Assembly: GCA_963708025.1 (NCBI GenBank)
Contig: CAVPSB010000018.1
Location: forward strand, 544,001-608,000
DNA: 64,000 nt
Reading direction: 5' to 3'
DNA from: an uncultured Candidatus Rokubacteria bacterium
GTDB lineage: Bacteria; Methylomirabilota; Methylomirabilia; Rokubacteriales; DASRDR01
Positions 1-13,996 of this stretch are shown here, one piece after another. Each line of letters begins with the position of its first letter. Position 1 is the first letter of the stretch. Position numbers and translations under genes: made by a program. Under the pieces are notes generated by a model that ran no database searches, was not told the DNA's origin, and worked only from the letters and a program-made list of their open reading frames with translations.

Positions 1-719
1 CGACACGATGGGGTAGGACCCGTCGCCGTCCGGGTCGGGCAGAAAGAGCCGGAGATTGCTGGGCATCTGCGTGATGTTGTTCGCCAGAGCCGCCTGCCCG
101 CTCTGATCGCTCGGGGCGACGTACTGCCCAGCCTTGTTCTGGAGCCTCGCCATCCGCAGGCCGAGTCGCCGGGCGAACCCATATTCCACGTACCCGATGG
201 TGCCCTCACCGATCTTGATGAGCGCCGCGACCCCTTCGTTCCCGCGAGTCAGCATCGCCCGGCCGGACCAGTCGACCACGTACCCGACCCCAGGCCCCTG
301 CCGCCAGATCGGACTGATCGCGCTCAGGTGGTTGGCCAGCCGAGCGTTGTCCCGCTTCCGTCCTGGCGCGCCGCGATTACGATGCTCCGGTTGGGCAATG
401 GGAGGCCAGGATTGAGCGCCTGGATTCGGGGGTCGTTCCACGTCACGATCTTCCGGAGGAAGATGTTCGCGTAGACGTCGCGACTGAATCGCAGCTCGCC
501 CCCGAGCCACGGAAGGTTGTACGCCAGCACGACGAGGCCGGCGGTGGCGGGCACCAGTTGCGCGCCAGGTGCCACCCGGGCCATCTCCTCGTCGGTCAAC
601 GCCCCGTCGCTGGCCCCAAAGTCGACAGTCTGGGCGAGGAAGCGTCGGACGCCCTCGCCGCTTCCGACGTCCTTGTACTCGATCGACACGTCCGGATTCT
701 GCGCCGTGAACACGCTGTC
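1..719 (-). pseudogene. pstS: Phosphate ABC transporter substrate-binding protein, 5'-truncated and frameshifted near 340; runs off window start
   Basis: Motifs VGSGEG, VDFGASD, WNDPRIQALNP, RQDGSGTT in ORF 324-764. A second frame continues to PDPDGDGSYPIVS at base 1. The usual N-terminal signal and GAGATFP segment is absent. Confidence 0.8.
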
Positions 720-772
720 CGATGGGGTCGCTGGAGGCCGGCGACGGCTGCGGACCCAAGCCAAGCGCTAGG

Positions 773-1594
773 CTAGCCCCGCAACGCCAGAAGATCCCCC
801 TGCTCTCCCCCGCCCGACTGACTCCGCTCCCGGTAGGCCCCCGGCCAGGATCCGCGCCAGGCCGATCGCATCGGCGATAGAATATTACCCGTGCTCGAAG
901 CGGTAGCCCTGGACGCGGAGCAACTGCGCCGGCGTACTGGCAGCCGGCCGACCTGCGCCCGGGTGCAGAGAGCGGGGCCTAGGTGTGTTGGTCTGCTGTG
1001 CCCGCGACTGTGCCCACGGCCGCAGAGCATGGCCCGCCGGGACCCAGGAAGAGCAAACGAAAGGCCAGCGTTGAGGGGACGCCGAGTTACGGACGGCCGT
1101 GGGGTTACAGGGCCGAGCGAGATACCTTCAGGGTCTAGTGCCCGCAAGGGTGTGGGGGTTCGAGTCCCCCCTTCGGCACCACTCATTCTCGCATAGCCCG
1201 GACGCCCTGACCAACCCCGCCCGGCGAGCTCGCCCCTGGGTCGCTCCGGGCACTCGGGCCGATGGCAGTCCGGCTGTCTCTCTGCCACGGCCCGCCCGTC
1301 ATGGCGGAGAGCGAGTGCCACCATGCCGGTCTCGTACAGCTCCTCAGCGAGAAAGACCATGCCGAAGACGAGGAGCCAGGCCTGGGTGAAGAGGATCCCG
1401 CCGGCCAATGCGCCGAAGGCGACCGCCAGGACGCCGCCCCGAATGCCACGCACGAGCTCAAGGGACGCCGAGGGATCGTCGCCGTGTCTCAGCGCCCGGA
1501 GGATGAGGCTGGCCCCTCGCCGCGCCGTGTACCCGGCACAGGACGCAAGAGCGGCAGCGACGATGATCTCGGCGGACACGACCAGCGCCTCCAC
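773..1594 (-). CDS. Hypothetical membrane protein; only the first ~100 codons look real
   Basis: Three hydrophobic segments ending LAEELYETG. The ORF then reads through the antisense of the tRNA scar. Confidence 0.45.
   Translation of the reverse strand: MEALVVSAEIIVAAALASCAGYTARRGASLILRALRHGDDPSASLELVRGIRGGVLAVAFGALAGGILFTQAWLLVFGMVFLAEELYETGMVALALRHDGRAVAERQPDCHRPECPERPRGELAGRGWSGRPGYARMSGAEGGTRTPTPLRALDPEGISLGPVTPRPSVTRRPLNAGLSFALPGSRRAMLCGRGHSRGHSRPTHLGPALCTRAQVGRLPVRRRSCSASRATASSTGNILSPMRSAWRGSWPGAYRERSQSGGGEQGDLLALRG
996..1015. repeat. Direct repeat CTGTGCCC x2, 12-bp period (integrase arm-type site candidate)
   Basis: CTGTGCCC at 996-1003 and 1008-1015, about 110 bp upstream of a half tRNA. 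Confidence 0.55.
1127..1181 (+). mobile_element. 3' half of tRNA-Leu(CAG), att-site scar
   Basis: TT-CAG-GG loop, TCTAG 3' stem, variable arm GCCC-GCAA-GGGT, T arm GGGGG-TTCGAGT-CCCCC, CTTCGGC-A-CCA. No D arm or matching 5' acceptor strand upstream. Confidence 0.8.
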
Positions 1595-1777
1595 CTACGA
1601 TTGGGACGGTCTTCCCTTGGCTGGGGTTTCCGCAGAGACCCGCGAGCAGACAGCCCAGACCGCGCTGATCTGCCGCGGCGCCTGCGTCTGGTTGGGCCGG
1701 CCGATGCGGATGCCCTTCGAGGGGGTCTCGGCCGGAGGGCCCGAACCGAGGGGAGCGGACGGTGGCCCGCGCCGCGG

Positions 1778-2194
1778 TCAGTCGCCGATCTCGTTCAGCT
1801 CTCGGCGGAGCTTGTCCAGCATCCGCTGCTGCGCGGAGAGGCCCTGCTCGGCCAGCGCGATCGCCTGCCGGAGGGAGGCCGCGCGCCGTCGAAGATCCGC
1901 GATGAGGGCCTCCACCGCCTGGGTCTGCGCCTGGCGGGCCACGAGGAGCGCGGCGTGGACCGGCGTCAGCCCGTCGGCGCCGGCCCGCGCGGCCCGCTGT
2001 CGCTCGTCCCACTCGGCCCGCTGAGCGTCCCGAAGCCCGGCCCGGGCCGCCGCCAGTCGTGACGCGGCCGCCGGACCTCTCGGGGCGGGACCATTGCCCG
2101 GCTCCTCCTCGACCGTGTCGTCGAGGAAAAAGCGGACCTCCGCCTGTTCGTGCTCGATCGTCGCGAGGCCGTCGCCGTCCCTGCCCTCCGCCAT
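1778..2194 (-). CDS. Hypothetical coiled-coil protein
   Basis: 138-aa ORF, GC3-biased codons, heptad-like C-terminus. Confidence 0.55.
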   Translation of the reverse strand: MAEGRDGDGLATIEHEQAEVRFFLDDTVEEEPGNGPAPRGPAAASRLAAARAGLRDAQRAEWDERQRAARAGADGLTPVHAALLVARQAQTQAVEALIADLRRRAASLRQAIALAEQGLSAQQRMLDKLRRELNEIGD

Positions 2195-2290
2195 GCGCCG
2201 AACTTACATCACCCACCCCGTCCATTCAATAGGTAGTGGACCGGATGCTGGCAAACCCCTACATCCGGGGCTCGGTGGTGGTCGCCCCGA

Positions 2291-3055
2291 TCACCGGAAC
2301 TCGGCGCCGACCGGACCGACCGGCTCGAAGCGCGCCTCGACGCGATCGCCCGGCGAGAGGCCGTACTGCCGCGTGAAGGAGCCTGACATGACGCGCATTC
2401 CGGGCTCCAGGCGCCGGCCGAAGCCGGCCAGCCGGTTCGCGAGCCAGGCCACGGACGCGAGCGGCGTGCCCATCACCTCCGCGCCCAGCGCCCGTTCCAG
2501 GCACCGATCGTTCACGCGCACTTCGACACTCACCGCCCCGAGATCCATCCCGCGTGGCAGGGGTTGGGGCGACCCCGCGACGAAGGCGCGCTGCTGGCAG
2601 TTGTCGGCGAGCGAGAGCGGCACGTCGGCGGCGGCGTCCCCCCGCCGTTCGACGATCTCCAGGGCGGGCGCGACGGCGGAGAGGGCCTCGGCCACCATCG
2701 CGACCGTGACTCCCGGGCCCTCCAGCGCTCGGCCGACGGTCAGGCACAGCTCGTTCTCGAAGCCCGGCTGGATCAGCTCGGCGAAGCGGAACACCGCACC
2801 GCTCGGTCTCGCCCCGCTTTCGAGCAGAAAGCCGAACACCGGCTCGTGGATGCCAGCCTGCGCCTGCATCGCTCGGGCCGTCAGGCCGATCTTCCAGCCC
2901 GCCTGCGCGTCACCGGCGGCCAGGTACCGCGTCAGTAGGTCTAGCTGTACGCGGTAGGCCTCGTCGGTGGAGAGCCGGCCCTTCCACTCCGCCGGGTAGT
3001 ACACGCCCCGCTGCCGGTACGCCCAGATCGACTCGGCGGCTGCCTCGAGATCCAC
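2291..3055 (-). CDS. 2-keto-4-pentenoate hydratase-like protein (FAH superfamily)
   Basis: AYRVQ, GWKIGLT, EPVFG, ENEL, PALEIV, WLANRL, SGSFT motifs. Confidence 0.9.
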   Translation of the reverse strand: MDLEAAAESIWAYRQRGVYYPAEWKGRLSTDEAYRVQLDLLTRYLAAGDAQAGWKIGLTARAMQAQAGIHEPVFGFLLESGARPSGAVFRFAELIQPGFENELCLTVGRALEGPGVTVAMVAEALSAVAPALEIVERRGDAAADVPLSLADNCQQRAFVAGSPQPLPRGMDLGAVSVEVRVNDRCLERALGAEVMGTPLASVAWLANRLAGFGRRLEPGMRVMSGSFTRQYGLSPGDRVEARFEPVGPVGAEFR

Positions 3056-3124
3056 GTCGGGCCCTCCCTCCCAACCCCTTCCCCACTTCCGGAGCCGGTG
3101 AGGCCGCTTACTTCACCCACTGCC

Positions 3125-3538
3125 CTAGAAATCGAGGTGCTTCCGGAAGAACTCGACCGCGCGACGAAGCACGTCGTCTCGGGTCGTCGCGGCGAACGGG
3201 AGCCCGTGGGTGGCCTCCCCGTAGTAGTGCGCTTCCACCGGGTGCCCGTGCTCGCTGAGCGCACGCTCGTACTCGCGTGCCCAGTGGACATGGGCCTGCT
3301 CGTCCCCCGTGGCGCGTAGGATCAGCACGGGCGTGCGGAGCGTCGAGATCATCGTGATCGGCGCCACGTCGATCGGCGTGCGGCGCCGGGTGGCCCTGTA
3401 GCCGGGCGCTCGCCGCCGCTTGGGTCACCTCTGGGCCAGGCCTCGGGTTCCGTGGCTGGACGGTGGCCGTGGTCCGGCCGCCACCGGACCGGCGAGCGCG
3501 ACCAGCGCCGCGATCGCCAGCATGCCCGCGGCGGTCAC
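3125..3538 (-). pseudogene. Alpha/beta hydrolase remnant (signal peptide plus C-terminus, middle missing)
   Basis: PVLIL...GDE...YYGEATHG...AVEFFRKHL C-terminus. A signal-like N-terminus lies in another frame. No nucleophile region. Confidence 0.6.
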
Positions 3539-3557
3539 GCACGCTCGCCCCGGCGCT

Positions 3558-4479
3558 TCAGGCCGGAAGCCGTCGGACGCGGTTGCGCAGCGTCCCGATG
3601 GGATCGATCGTGATGCTGACGACGTCGCCCGGCTGGAGGGCGTGCTCGTCGGGCACCAGGATCCCGGTTCCGGTCGAACAGCACGGTGCCGGCCGGGATC
3701 GGATTGTAGCGCCCCAGCCAGTCCACCAGCTCCCCGCAGCGCCGCTTCATGTCCCCCGTGCTGGCCTGACCCTCGTAGAGCCGCTGGCCCCGCCGCTCGA
3801 TCACGCACCGGATCGTGAGGGCGTGAGGGTCGGGCACCGTCAACGGGGTGGCGATCACCGGGCCGAAGGCGAAGCCGCCCTGGAAGATCTTTGACTGGGG
3901 GAGAAAGAGCGGGTTGTCGCGCTCGATGTCCCAGGCCGAGAGGTCGTTGCCGACCGTGTAGCCGACGATGGCGCCGCCCTCCCCGATGATCACCGCCAGC
4001 TCGGCCTCCACCGCGGTCAGCTTCGAGTCGCCCCGGAGCCCGATCGGCGCGTGCGGGCCGGCCGCGCGCCCGGCCGTCGCCTTGAAGAACAGCTCCGGGC
4101 GGGGTGACTCGTAGACGTGGTCGTAGATGCCCTTCTCCCGATGCCCGTGCCCCGTGTCGTGCTCGGTGTAGTACTCGGCACTTCGGCGGTACGTGATGCC
4201 GGCGCCCCAGATCTCCGGGGGATCGAGAGGCGGCCGGAGGCCGGCCCGGCGCGGCCCGGGCGCCCGATCGAGCACGCTCCACGGGTAGCGCGGCCGACGC
4301 GGCGCCCGGGCCAGCCGGCGAGCGAGCCGCTCGAGGCCGGCCGGCGTGCGCCCCTGCCGGACGAGATCGAGGACCGAGCCGACGCCCGCCGCCCGGGCCG
4401 TGATGTCGAGGACCGCGTCTCCCTCGACCACGCCGACCCGGAGTCCGGTACCGGGAACCTCGAATTGACAGAGCTTCAT
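3558..4479 (-). CDS. Fumarylacetoacetate hydrolase family protein, frameshift near 3677
   Basis: EIWGAGITY, RPELFFK, EAELAV, GYTVGNDLSAWDIE. The shifted frame resumes TGTGILVPDEHALQPGDVVSITIDPIGTLRN. Confidence 0.85.
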
Positions 4480-4587
4480 GAGCTTGCCTCCCTCACGGCA
4501 CTCCGGGCGCCGCGACCGGCCGGCGCGCCAGCGCGCGCTCGCCGATGTCGCACGCCTCGGTGACGCCGGGCCGGCGGGGCGCGGGCG

Positions 4588-5211
4588 TCAGGGCGGAGCG
4601 GACCCCGAGTCGGGTCGCATGACGGCGAGGTCGTGCGGCAGCCCGAGCCGGTCCAGGACGCGCGCGATCGTGTGGTTCACGAGATCATCGATCCCCTTCG
4701 GCCGGTGGTAGAAGGCGGGCATGGGCGGCAGCACGGTCGCACCGATCTCGGCGAGGGCCACCAGCGTGCGGAGGTGGCCGACGTGGAGCGGCGTCTCCCG
4801 CACGAGCAGGATCAGCGGGCGACCTTCCTTCAGCGTGACGTCCGCCGCTCGCGTCACCAGGTTGCCGGTCACGCCGGTCGCGATCGCGGCCGCCGTGCGC
4901 ATGGAGCACGGCGCCACCACCATCCCGACGGTGCGGAACGAGCCGGAGGCGATGGAGGCCCCGATGTCCTTCACGTCGTGGACGACGTGGGCCAGTCGCT
5001 CGACGTCCCGGACCGTGTGATCCGTCTCCTCGATCAGCGTCCGCTTGCCCGGACCGGAGAGGACGAGATGGGTCTCGACGCCGGGAGCGCCGCCGAGCGC
5101 TTCCAGGAGCCGGACGCCGTAGATGACGCCGGTGGCGCCGGTGATGGCGACGACCAGTCGGCTCGGCGGTTGGGTCGGGCGTCGGATGGGCGCGGACGGG
5201 GCGACGGCCAT
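4588..5211 (-). CDS. ubiX: Flavin prenyltransferase
   Basis: AITGATG, IASGSF, VAPCSM, RAADVTLKE, RETPL, PPMPAFY. Confidence 0.95.
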   Translation of the reverse strand: MAVAPSAPIRRPTQPPSRLVVAITGATGVIYGVRLLEALGGAPGVETHLVLSGPGKRTLIEETDHTVRDVERLAHVVHDVKDIGASIASGSFRTVGMVVAPCSMRTAAAIATGVTGNLVTRAADVTLKEGRPLILLVRETPLHVGHLRTLVALAEIGATVLPPMPAFYHRPKGIDDLVNHTIARVLDRLGLPHDLAVMRPDSGSAPP

Positions 5212-5223
5212 GGGCGGATCGGT

Positions 5224-5505
5224 CTAGGCGAGGCGGAAGCGGCGCCGGAACACTTCCTGGCGGGTCTTCTGGTAGAGGATCTCCCACTCCGGGCTGCCTT
5301 CCGGCGCGGGCCTCGCGTAGCTCGAGAGGATCTTGCGCACCTCGGCGTCGATCGACTCCTCGACCCGGGTCTCGTCCGCCAGCACGCGGATGATCTCGGC
5401 CCGGATGTCGTCGGCCCCCTTCAGCGCGACGCACCCCTCGGCGCCCAGCAGCTCGTCGGTCATCCGCGCGGCCAGGTGGAAGACGCGCTCCCGACTGAAC
5501 TTCAC
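5224..5505 (-). CDS. DUF507-like protein
   Basis: 93-aa helical protein (EESIDAEVRKILSSY...WEILYQK), paralog of the adjacent gene. Confidence 0.75.
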   Translation of the reverse strand: MKFSRERVFHLAARMTDELLGAEGCVALKGADDIRAEIIRVLADETRVEESIDAEVRKILSSYARPAPEGSPEWEILYQKTRQEVFRRRFRLA

Positions 5506-5780
5506 AGGACGAAGCCCCGGTCCCGGGCGAGCTTCTCCTTGGTCTTGCTGAAGAGCTGGCGGTAATCGAGACCCTTCTCGCGGATGTCCCGCGCGTAGCC
5601 CTGCAGGAGCTCCCGGGCCTCGGTGTCGAGCTGGTCTTCGGCCTGGAGGTTCTCGACGATCAGCTTCTGGAGTGCCACCCGGATCCGCGCCTCGTCCTTG
5701 ATCTCGACCAGCCGACGGGTGACCAGCCGCTTGATGATCGCGTCGCTGAACCGGCCGGCGATCTCCTCACGCCCTCGCAT
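5502..5780 (-). CDS. DUF507-like protein
   Basis: EDQLDTEARELL...DYRQLFSKTKEKLARDRGFVL; overlapping stop/start with the next gene. Confidence 0.75.
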   Translation of the reverse strand: MRGREEIAGRFSDAIIKRLVTRRLVEIKDEARIRVALQKLIVENLQAEDQLDTEARELLQGYARDIREKGLDYRQLFSKTKEKLARDRGFVL

Positions 5781-5781
5781 G

Positions 5782-6276
5782 TCAGGCGTCGGGCGGGACC
5801 AGGAAGCTGAAGGGCTCGGGGCCGCCCTCGTTCCATTCGACGCACGGCGCTTCGTCCTCACCCGCGCCGTCCACCAGCCACGACTCCGGCAACCGGAACG
5901 GCACCCGCCGCCCGGTGAAGTCTTCGCCGTCGTGGTAGTAGAGCCAGCCGGAACGCCGCCACCCCACCCCGCGCACCGCGTACCGCACCCGCCGGGCCTC
6001 GAGGTCGAAGACCGCCAGGCCATGGCTCCCCGGCGCCTCGGTGTACCGGCGGTCGAGCCCCAGGCGGCGCACCGCGCCGAGGATCCCCTGGTAGGCGTAG
6101 CTCGCGAAGGGGTGGCCGCAGAAGAAGCGCTGGGCGGCCAGGAGGAGGTCGGGAATCGTCTCCGGCTCGGCTTCGAGCGCGGCCATGAGCGCCGGGGCGC
6201 GCCACGGCCGGGCGAGCCCGCTCACGCGAGAGCGCTTGTCCTTGAGGCAGATCCGCGCCAGCCCCGGAGTTCCCAT
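5782..6276 (-). CDS. Hypothetical protein
   Basis: 164-aa ORF directly below a clear sigma70 promoter and co-oriented with the operon. Confidence 0.65.
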   Translation of the reverse strand: MGTPGLARICLKDKRSRVSGLARPWRAPALMAALEAEPETIPDLLLAAQRFFCGHPFASYAYQGILGAVRRLGLDRRYTEAPGSHGLAVFDLEARRVRYAVRGVGWRRSGWLYYHDGEDFTGRRVPFRLPESWLVDGAGEDEAPCVEWNEGGPEPFSFLVPPDA

Positions 6277-6300
6277 GATTTCAGCCGAAAACTCGGTTCG

Positions 6301-6329
6301 AGCCTACAACCCGGGGTGAGGGGTGTCAA
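6301..6329 (-). promoter_or_regulatory. Sigma70 promoter
   Basis: TTGACA-N17-TAGGCT on the minus strand. Confidence 0.7.
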
Positions 6330-6364
6330 GCCGCGGGCCCCGCCGCGCCGCGGCCTTTGGCGCG

Positions 6365-6781
6365 TCAGGTGCCCGAGGGTCGGGCCGCGATCTGGAGCCT
6401 CGCCAGCGCCCGCGCGAGTGCCCGCAGGGCCCGGGGGTAGTCAACCTCATCCCCGCCCCGGGCGGCGAGCCGCCCCTCCGCCCGTCCGCGGGCGGCGCGC
6501 GCGCGAGCCGTGTCGATCTCCTCGGGGCGCTCGGCCGTGTCGGCGAGGATCGTGACGTGGTCGGGCCCGACCTCGGCGAAGCCGCCGCTGACCGCCAGGT
6601 AGCGCTCGGTGCGGCCGACGCGATAGGTCACCTCGCCGGCGCCGAGCAGGGCCAGGAGCGGGGCGTGCCCCGGTAGCACGCCGAAGGAGCCATCGGCGCC
6701 GGGGACGACGACCTCGTCCGCCTCCTCGGAGACGACGAGGCGGGTCGGGGTCGCCAGCTCGAGCTTGAGCCGGTCGGGCAT
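6365..6781 (-). CDS. atpC: ATP synthase epsilon subunit
   Basis: GSFGVLPGHAPL, VSGGFAEV; follows atpD. Confidence 0.97.
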   Translation of the reverse strand: MPDRLKLELATPTRLVVSEEADEVVVPGADGSFGVLPGHAPLLALLGAGEVTYRVGRTERYLAVSGGFAEVGPDHVTILADTAERPEEIDTARARAARGRAEGRLAARGGDEVDYPRALRALARALARLQIAARPSGT

Positions 6782-6802
6782 GGCCGGGGCCGGTCCTCTT
6801 CC

Positions 6803-9116
<2,314 letters not shown>

Positions 9117-9140
9117 GGGAGCGAGACGCCGACCTGCGCT

Positions 9141-10663
<1,523 letters not shown>

Positions 10664-10667
<4 letters not shown>

Positions 10668-11224
10668 GCTATCCCCCCGGCATCCCTCGTGATCCGCTCG
10701 CGCAAGGCCGCGAGCTGGCCTCTGACACTCATGTCCAGGATCCGGCTGCCGACCTCGGCCACGAAGCCTCCGATCAGTGTCGCGTCAACCGCCGTGTCGA
10801 GGAGCACCGTCTTGCCGAGCCGGCGCCCGAGGCGCTCCCGGATGGCGCCCCGCTGGCCCTCGCTGAGCGGCGCGGCGCTCCGGACACGTGCGCGGACGCG
10901 GCCGGCCGCCTCGTCCACGAGCGTCTCGTAGGCTGCCCGGATGTCGGCAAGCAGGGCTAGTCGCCGGCGCTGGGCGACGAGCGCGAGGAAGTTCCGCGTC
11001 AGCGGCGAGAGCTGCAGCCGCTCGGCCACGGTCTGCACGATCGCGCGCTTGGTCGCCGCCTTGGCCCACGGCAGCAGGAGCACGTCCCGCAGGGCCGGCT
11101 CGTCGGCCAGCACGCGCTCGAAGGTCGCCAGCTCCTGGGCTACCGCCTCGGGCCGGGAGGCCTCGCTGGCCAGCGCCCAGAGCGCCTTCGCGTAGCGCCG
11201 GGCGACCGCCGCCCCGCGCCGCAT
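10664..11224 (-). CDS. atpH: ATP synthase delta subunit
   Basis: [25 protein letters not shown]. Confidence 0.95.
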
Positions 11225-11231
11225 CTACGGA

Positions 11232-11287
11232 CAGGAGGGGGAGTCCCAACCACTCCCCCTCCTGGACCTCCCCGACCTGGGGGGTCC
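11232..11287. repeat. Intergenic double hairpin (REP-like)
   Basis: Perfect 13-bp stem CAGGAGGGGGAGT/ACTCCCCCTCCTG, followed by GGACCTCCC...GGGGGGTCC. Confidence 0.6.
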
Positions 11288-11299
11288 TCCGCTCGAGGA

Positions 11300-11923
11300 T
11301 CACCGCGCGTCCAGTCGCGCGAGGGCGTCCTGCACCAGGCGCTCGTGATCCTCGCCCCGGAGGCTCTTCTGGATCAGGCGCTCGGCGATCTCGACGGCCA
11401 GCGCGCCCACTTCCGCCCGCAGCTCGGCCTTCGCACGGCGCACGTCCTGCTGGATCTCCGCCCGCGCCGACTCGAGCAGCCGCGCCGCCTCCTGGCGCGC
11501 CTCGGCAGTCAGCCGCTCTCGGGTCTCCGCCGCCTCGCGCAGGGCCTGCTCGCGCACCGTTTGCGCCTCGGCCTGCGCCGCCTGGAGCTTCGCCTCGAAC
11601 TCGGCGAGCTGCCGCTGCGCCGCCTCTCGCGCCGCCTGTGCCTCGGCGAGCTGCTGCCGGATCGCGCCGGTGCGCGCCTCGAGCGTAGAGATCAGGGGCC
11701 GGTAGACGAACCGGAAGAGCACGGCCAGCAGGAGCAGGAAGCTGATGAGCTGGACCAGCAGCGAGCCGTTGAGCTCGATCAGGCTGTGGCCGCCTTCCTC
11801 CGCGGCGTACGCGAGACCGGGTCCGGCCAGGACGGCCAGGACCGTCGCCAGCACGGCTCCCGCGTGACGTCCAAGCGCCGCGCCGGTGATTGGACAACCG
11901 AGGACGTGCCGGCTCCGTGTCAT
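11300..11923 (-). CDS. atpF: ATP synthase F0 subunit b with N-terminal signal-like extension (start uncertain)
   Basis: Transmembrane LLVQLISFLLLLAVLFRFVYRPL then a long Ala/Glu coiled coil; upstream of atpH. Confidence 0.9.
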   Translation of the reverse strand: MTRSRHVLGCPITGAALGRHAGAVLATVLAVLAGPGLAYAAEEGGHSLIELNGSLLVQLISFLLLLAVLFRFVYRPLISTLEARTGAIRQQLAEAQAAREAAQRQLAEFEAKLQAAQAEAQTVREQALREAAETRERLTAEARQEAARLLESARAEIQQDVRRAKAELRAEVGALAVEIAERLIQKSLRGEDHERLVQDALARLDAR

Positions 11924-11982
11924 GCTGACCCTCGTGCGGGATGGGCGTGCGTTGTGAAAAAAGGAGCAAGAAGCCATTTAGC

Positions 11983-12010
11983 ACTATCACGCGCGCCGGA
12001 GGACTGTCAA
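11983..12010 (-). promoter_or_regulatory. Sigma70 promoter candidate for atpF
   Basis: TTGACA-N16-GATAGT on the minus strand. Confidence 0.45.
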
Positions 12011-13096
12011 GCCGCGCGCGCGATGACGCCGCCTCCGAGGACCACGTCGTCTTGATAGAAGACGACCGACTGCCCGGGAGTCACCGCGCGCTGCGGCCGG
12101 GAGAAGCGGACCTCGACCTCGCCGGCGCCGCCCGGCCGCAGCGTCGCCGGGACCAGCGGGGCATTGTGTCGGATCCGCGCCTCGACGGCGATCTCCTCGT
12201 CCAGCCGCTCGATGGCGATCCAGTTCACTTCGCTCGCGACGAGGCCCGCGGCCTCGAGCGCTTCACGCGGCCCGACGACCACCGCGTTCCGCTCCGGATC
12301 GAGGCGGACGACGTAGCGGGGCAGTCCCCCTGCCGGCGGCGTCCCGAGGCCGCGCCGCTGCCCGATCGTGTAGGCCGCGAGCCCGGCGTGGGCGCCGATC
12401 TCGCGCCCGGCCTCGTCCAGGATGGGACCCGGGCGGAACGCCTCGGGCGCGCGGGCGCGGAGAAACGCGCGGTAGTCCCCGCTGACGAAGCAGAGCTCCT
12501 GGCTCTCCGGCGTGTCGGCCGTGGCCAGGCCGAGCGCGTGCGCCTTCGCGCGGACCTCGGCCTTGGTCAGGTCGCCGATCGGGAAACCGCGCGCGCGCGA
12601 GCTGCGCCTGGGTGAGGGGCCAGAGGAAGTAGCTCTGGTCCTTCTGGACGTCGCGCCCGCGGCAGAGCAGGAGCCGCCCGCGCGCCCCGTCCTGTCGGAT
12701 GCGCGCGTAGTGGCCGGTGGCGACGGCGTCGGCCTCCCACGCCAGCGCGCGCCGGAGGAGCGTGCCGAACTTCACCTCGCGGTTACAGACGACGCAGGGG
12801 CTCGGCGTGCGGCCGGCGCCGTACTCCCGGGTGAAGTCCGCGATGACCAGCTCGGCGAACTCGCGCTCGTGGTTCAGCAGGTAGTAGGGGATCCCGAGAT
12901 GCCGGGCCACCGCCCTCGCGCCGCGCGCCGTCGCCGGGGAGCAGCAGGAGCCGAAGTGGGCCGCGTCGTCCTCGGGCTCCGCCCACGGGGCGGTCCGCAG
13001 GGTGATCCCGATGAGCCGATGACCGGCCTCGGCCAGGAGGGCCGCCGCCACCGAGCTGTCCACCCCGCCGCTCATCCCGACAACGATCGTGGCCAT
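12007..13096 (-). CDS. mnmA: tRNA 2-thiouridylase, frameshift near 12585
   Basis: MSGGVDS, TPSPCVVCN, ATGHYA, KDQSYFL. The shifted frame gives PESQELCF, YTIGQRRGLG, QRAVTPGQ. Confidence 0.93.
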
Positions 13097-13114
13097 TTTA
13101 GCCTTTATTCTTAG

Positions 13115-13996
13115 CTAGTTGACGATACTTTGCGGACCCGCTCGTCGGCCACCCGTGAGCGCGGCATGGATCTGCTCCAGCTCGGCCGCTGAGCCGAAGG
13201 GGAGCTCGACGCGCCCGCGGGTGAGACCGCCGACGAGCCGCACCCGCATGCCCAGCGCCAGACGCAGCTCTTCCTCCAGGGCATCGATCTCGACGGGTCG
13301 CCGGCGCCCGGGCGGTCGGCCGCGGCGAGTCCGGCGCACGTCGGCCTCCGTCGCGCGCACCGACCACTCCTGGGCCAGGATGCGGTCCCGGAGTCGAAGC
13401 TGTGCCGCCGGGGTGGGGAGACCCAGCAATGCGCGGGCATGCCCCATCGTCAAGCGCCCCGCCCGCAGATCGTCCTGAATGACGTCGGGCAGCCGTCGCA
13501 AGCGAAGGGCATTGGCGATCGATGACCGATCCTTCCCGATCCGTCCGGCCAGATCGTCCTGGGTCCACCCGAACTCCGCCAGGAGACGCTGATACGCGTC
13601 GGCCTGCTCCAGCGGGTTGAGGTCCTCCCGGAGGAGGTTCTCGACGAGCGCCAGCTCCAGCGCCTCGGCGTCAGTGGCCTCCCGCACCACGGCGGGCACA
13701 TGGCTCAACCCTGCCTGCCGAGCCGCTCGCCACCGCCGCTCGCCCACCAGGATCTCGTGGCGGTCACCCCGCTGACGAACGACGAGGGGCTGGAGGACCC
13801 CTGAGGTTCGGATCGAGGCGGCCAGCTCCTCCAGCGCTTCCGGCGTGAACGTCTTCCTCGGCTGGAAGGGATTGGGCGTGAGGCTCTCGATCGGCAGGTC
13901 GCGCAGCCGGCCGGGGCCCTCGCCGTGCGCCGGGGGGGGGTCAGGAGCCGGCGGGAGCAGAGCCCCGAGGCCGCGACCGAGCGCGCGCTTCATCAT
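13115..13996 (-). CDS. parB: Chromosome partitioning protein ParB
   Basis: ALGRGLGALL, NPFQPRK, GERRWRA, ENLLREDLNPLE, GHARALL. Confidence 0.97.
   Translation of the reverse strand: MMKRALGRGLGALLPPAPDPPPAHGEGPGRLRDLPIESLTPNPFQPRKTFTPEALEELAASIRTSGVLQPLVVRQRGDRHEILVGERRWRAARQAGLSHVPAVVREATDAEALELALVENLLREDLNPLEQADAYQRLLAEFGWTQDDLAGRIGKDRSSIANALRLRRLPDVIQDDLRAGRLTMGHARALLGLPTPAAQLRLRDRILAQEWSVRATEADVRRTRRGRPPGRRRPVEIDALEEELRLALGMRVRLVGGLTRGRVELPFGSAAELEQIHAALTGGRRAGPQSIVN

Noticed and set aside
12575-12595. Programmed frameshift in mnmA
   Set aside because: No canonical slippery heptamer, and similar indels occur throughout the window.
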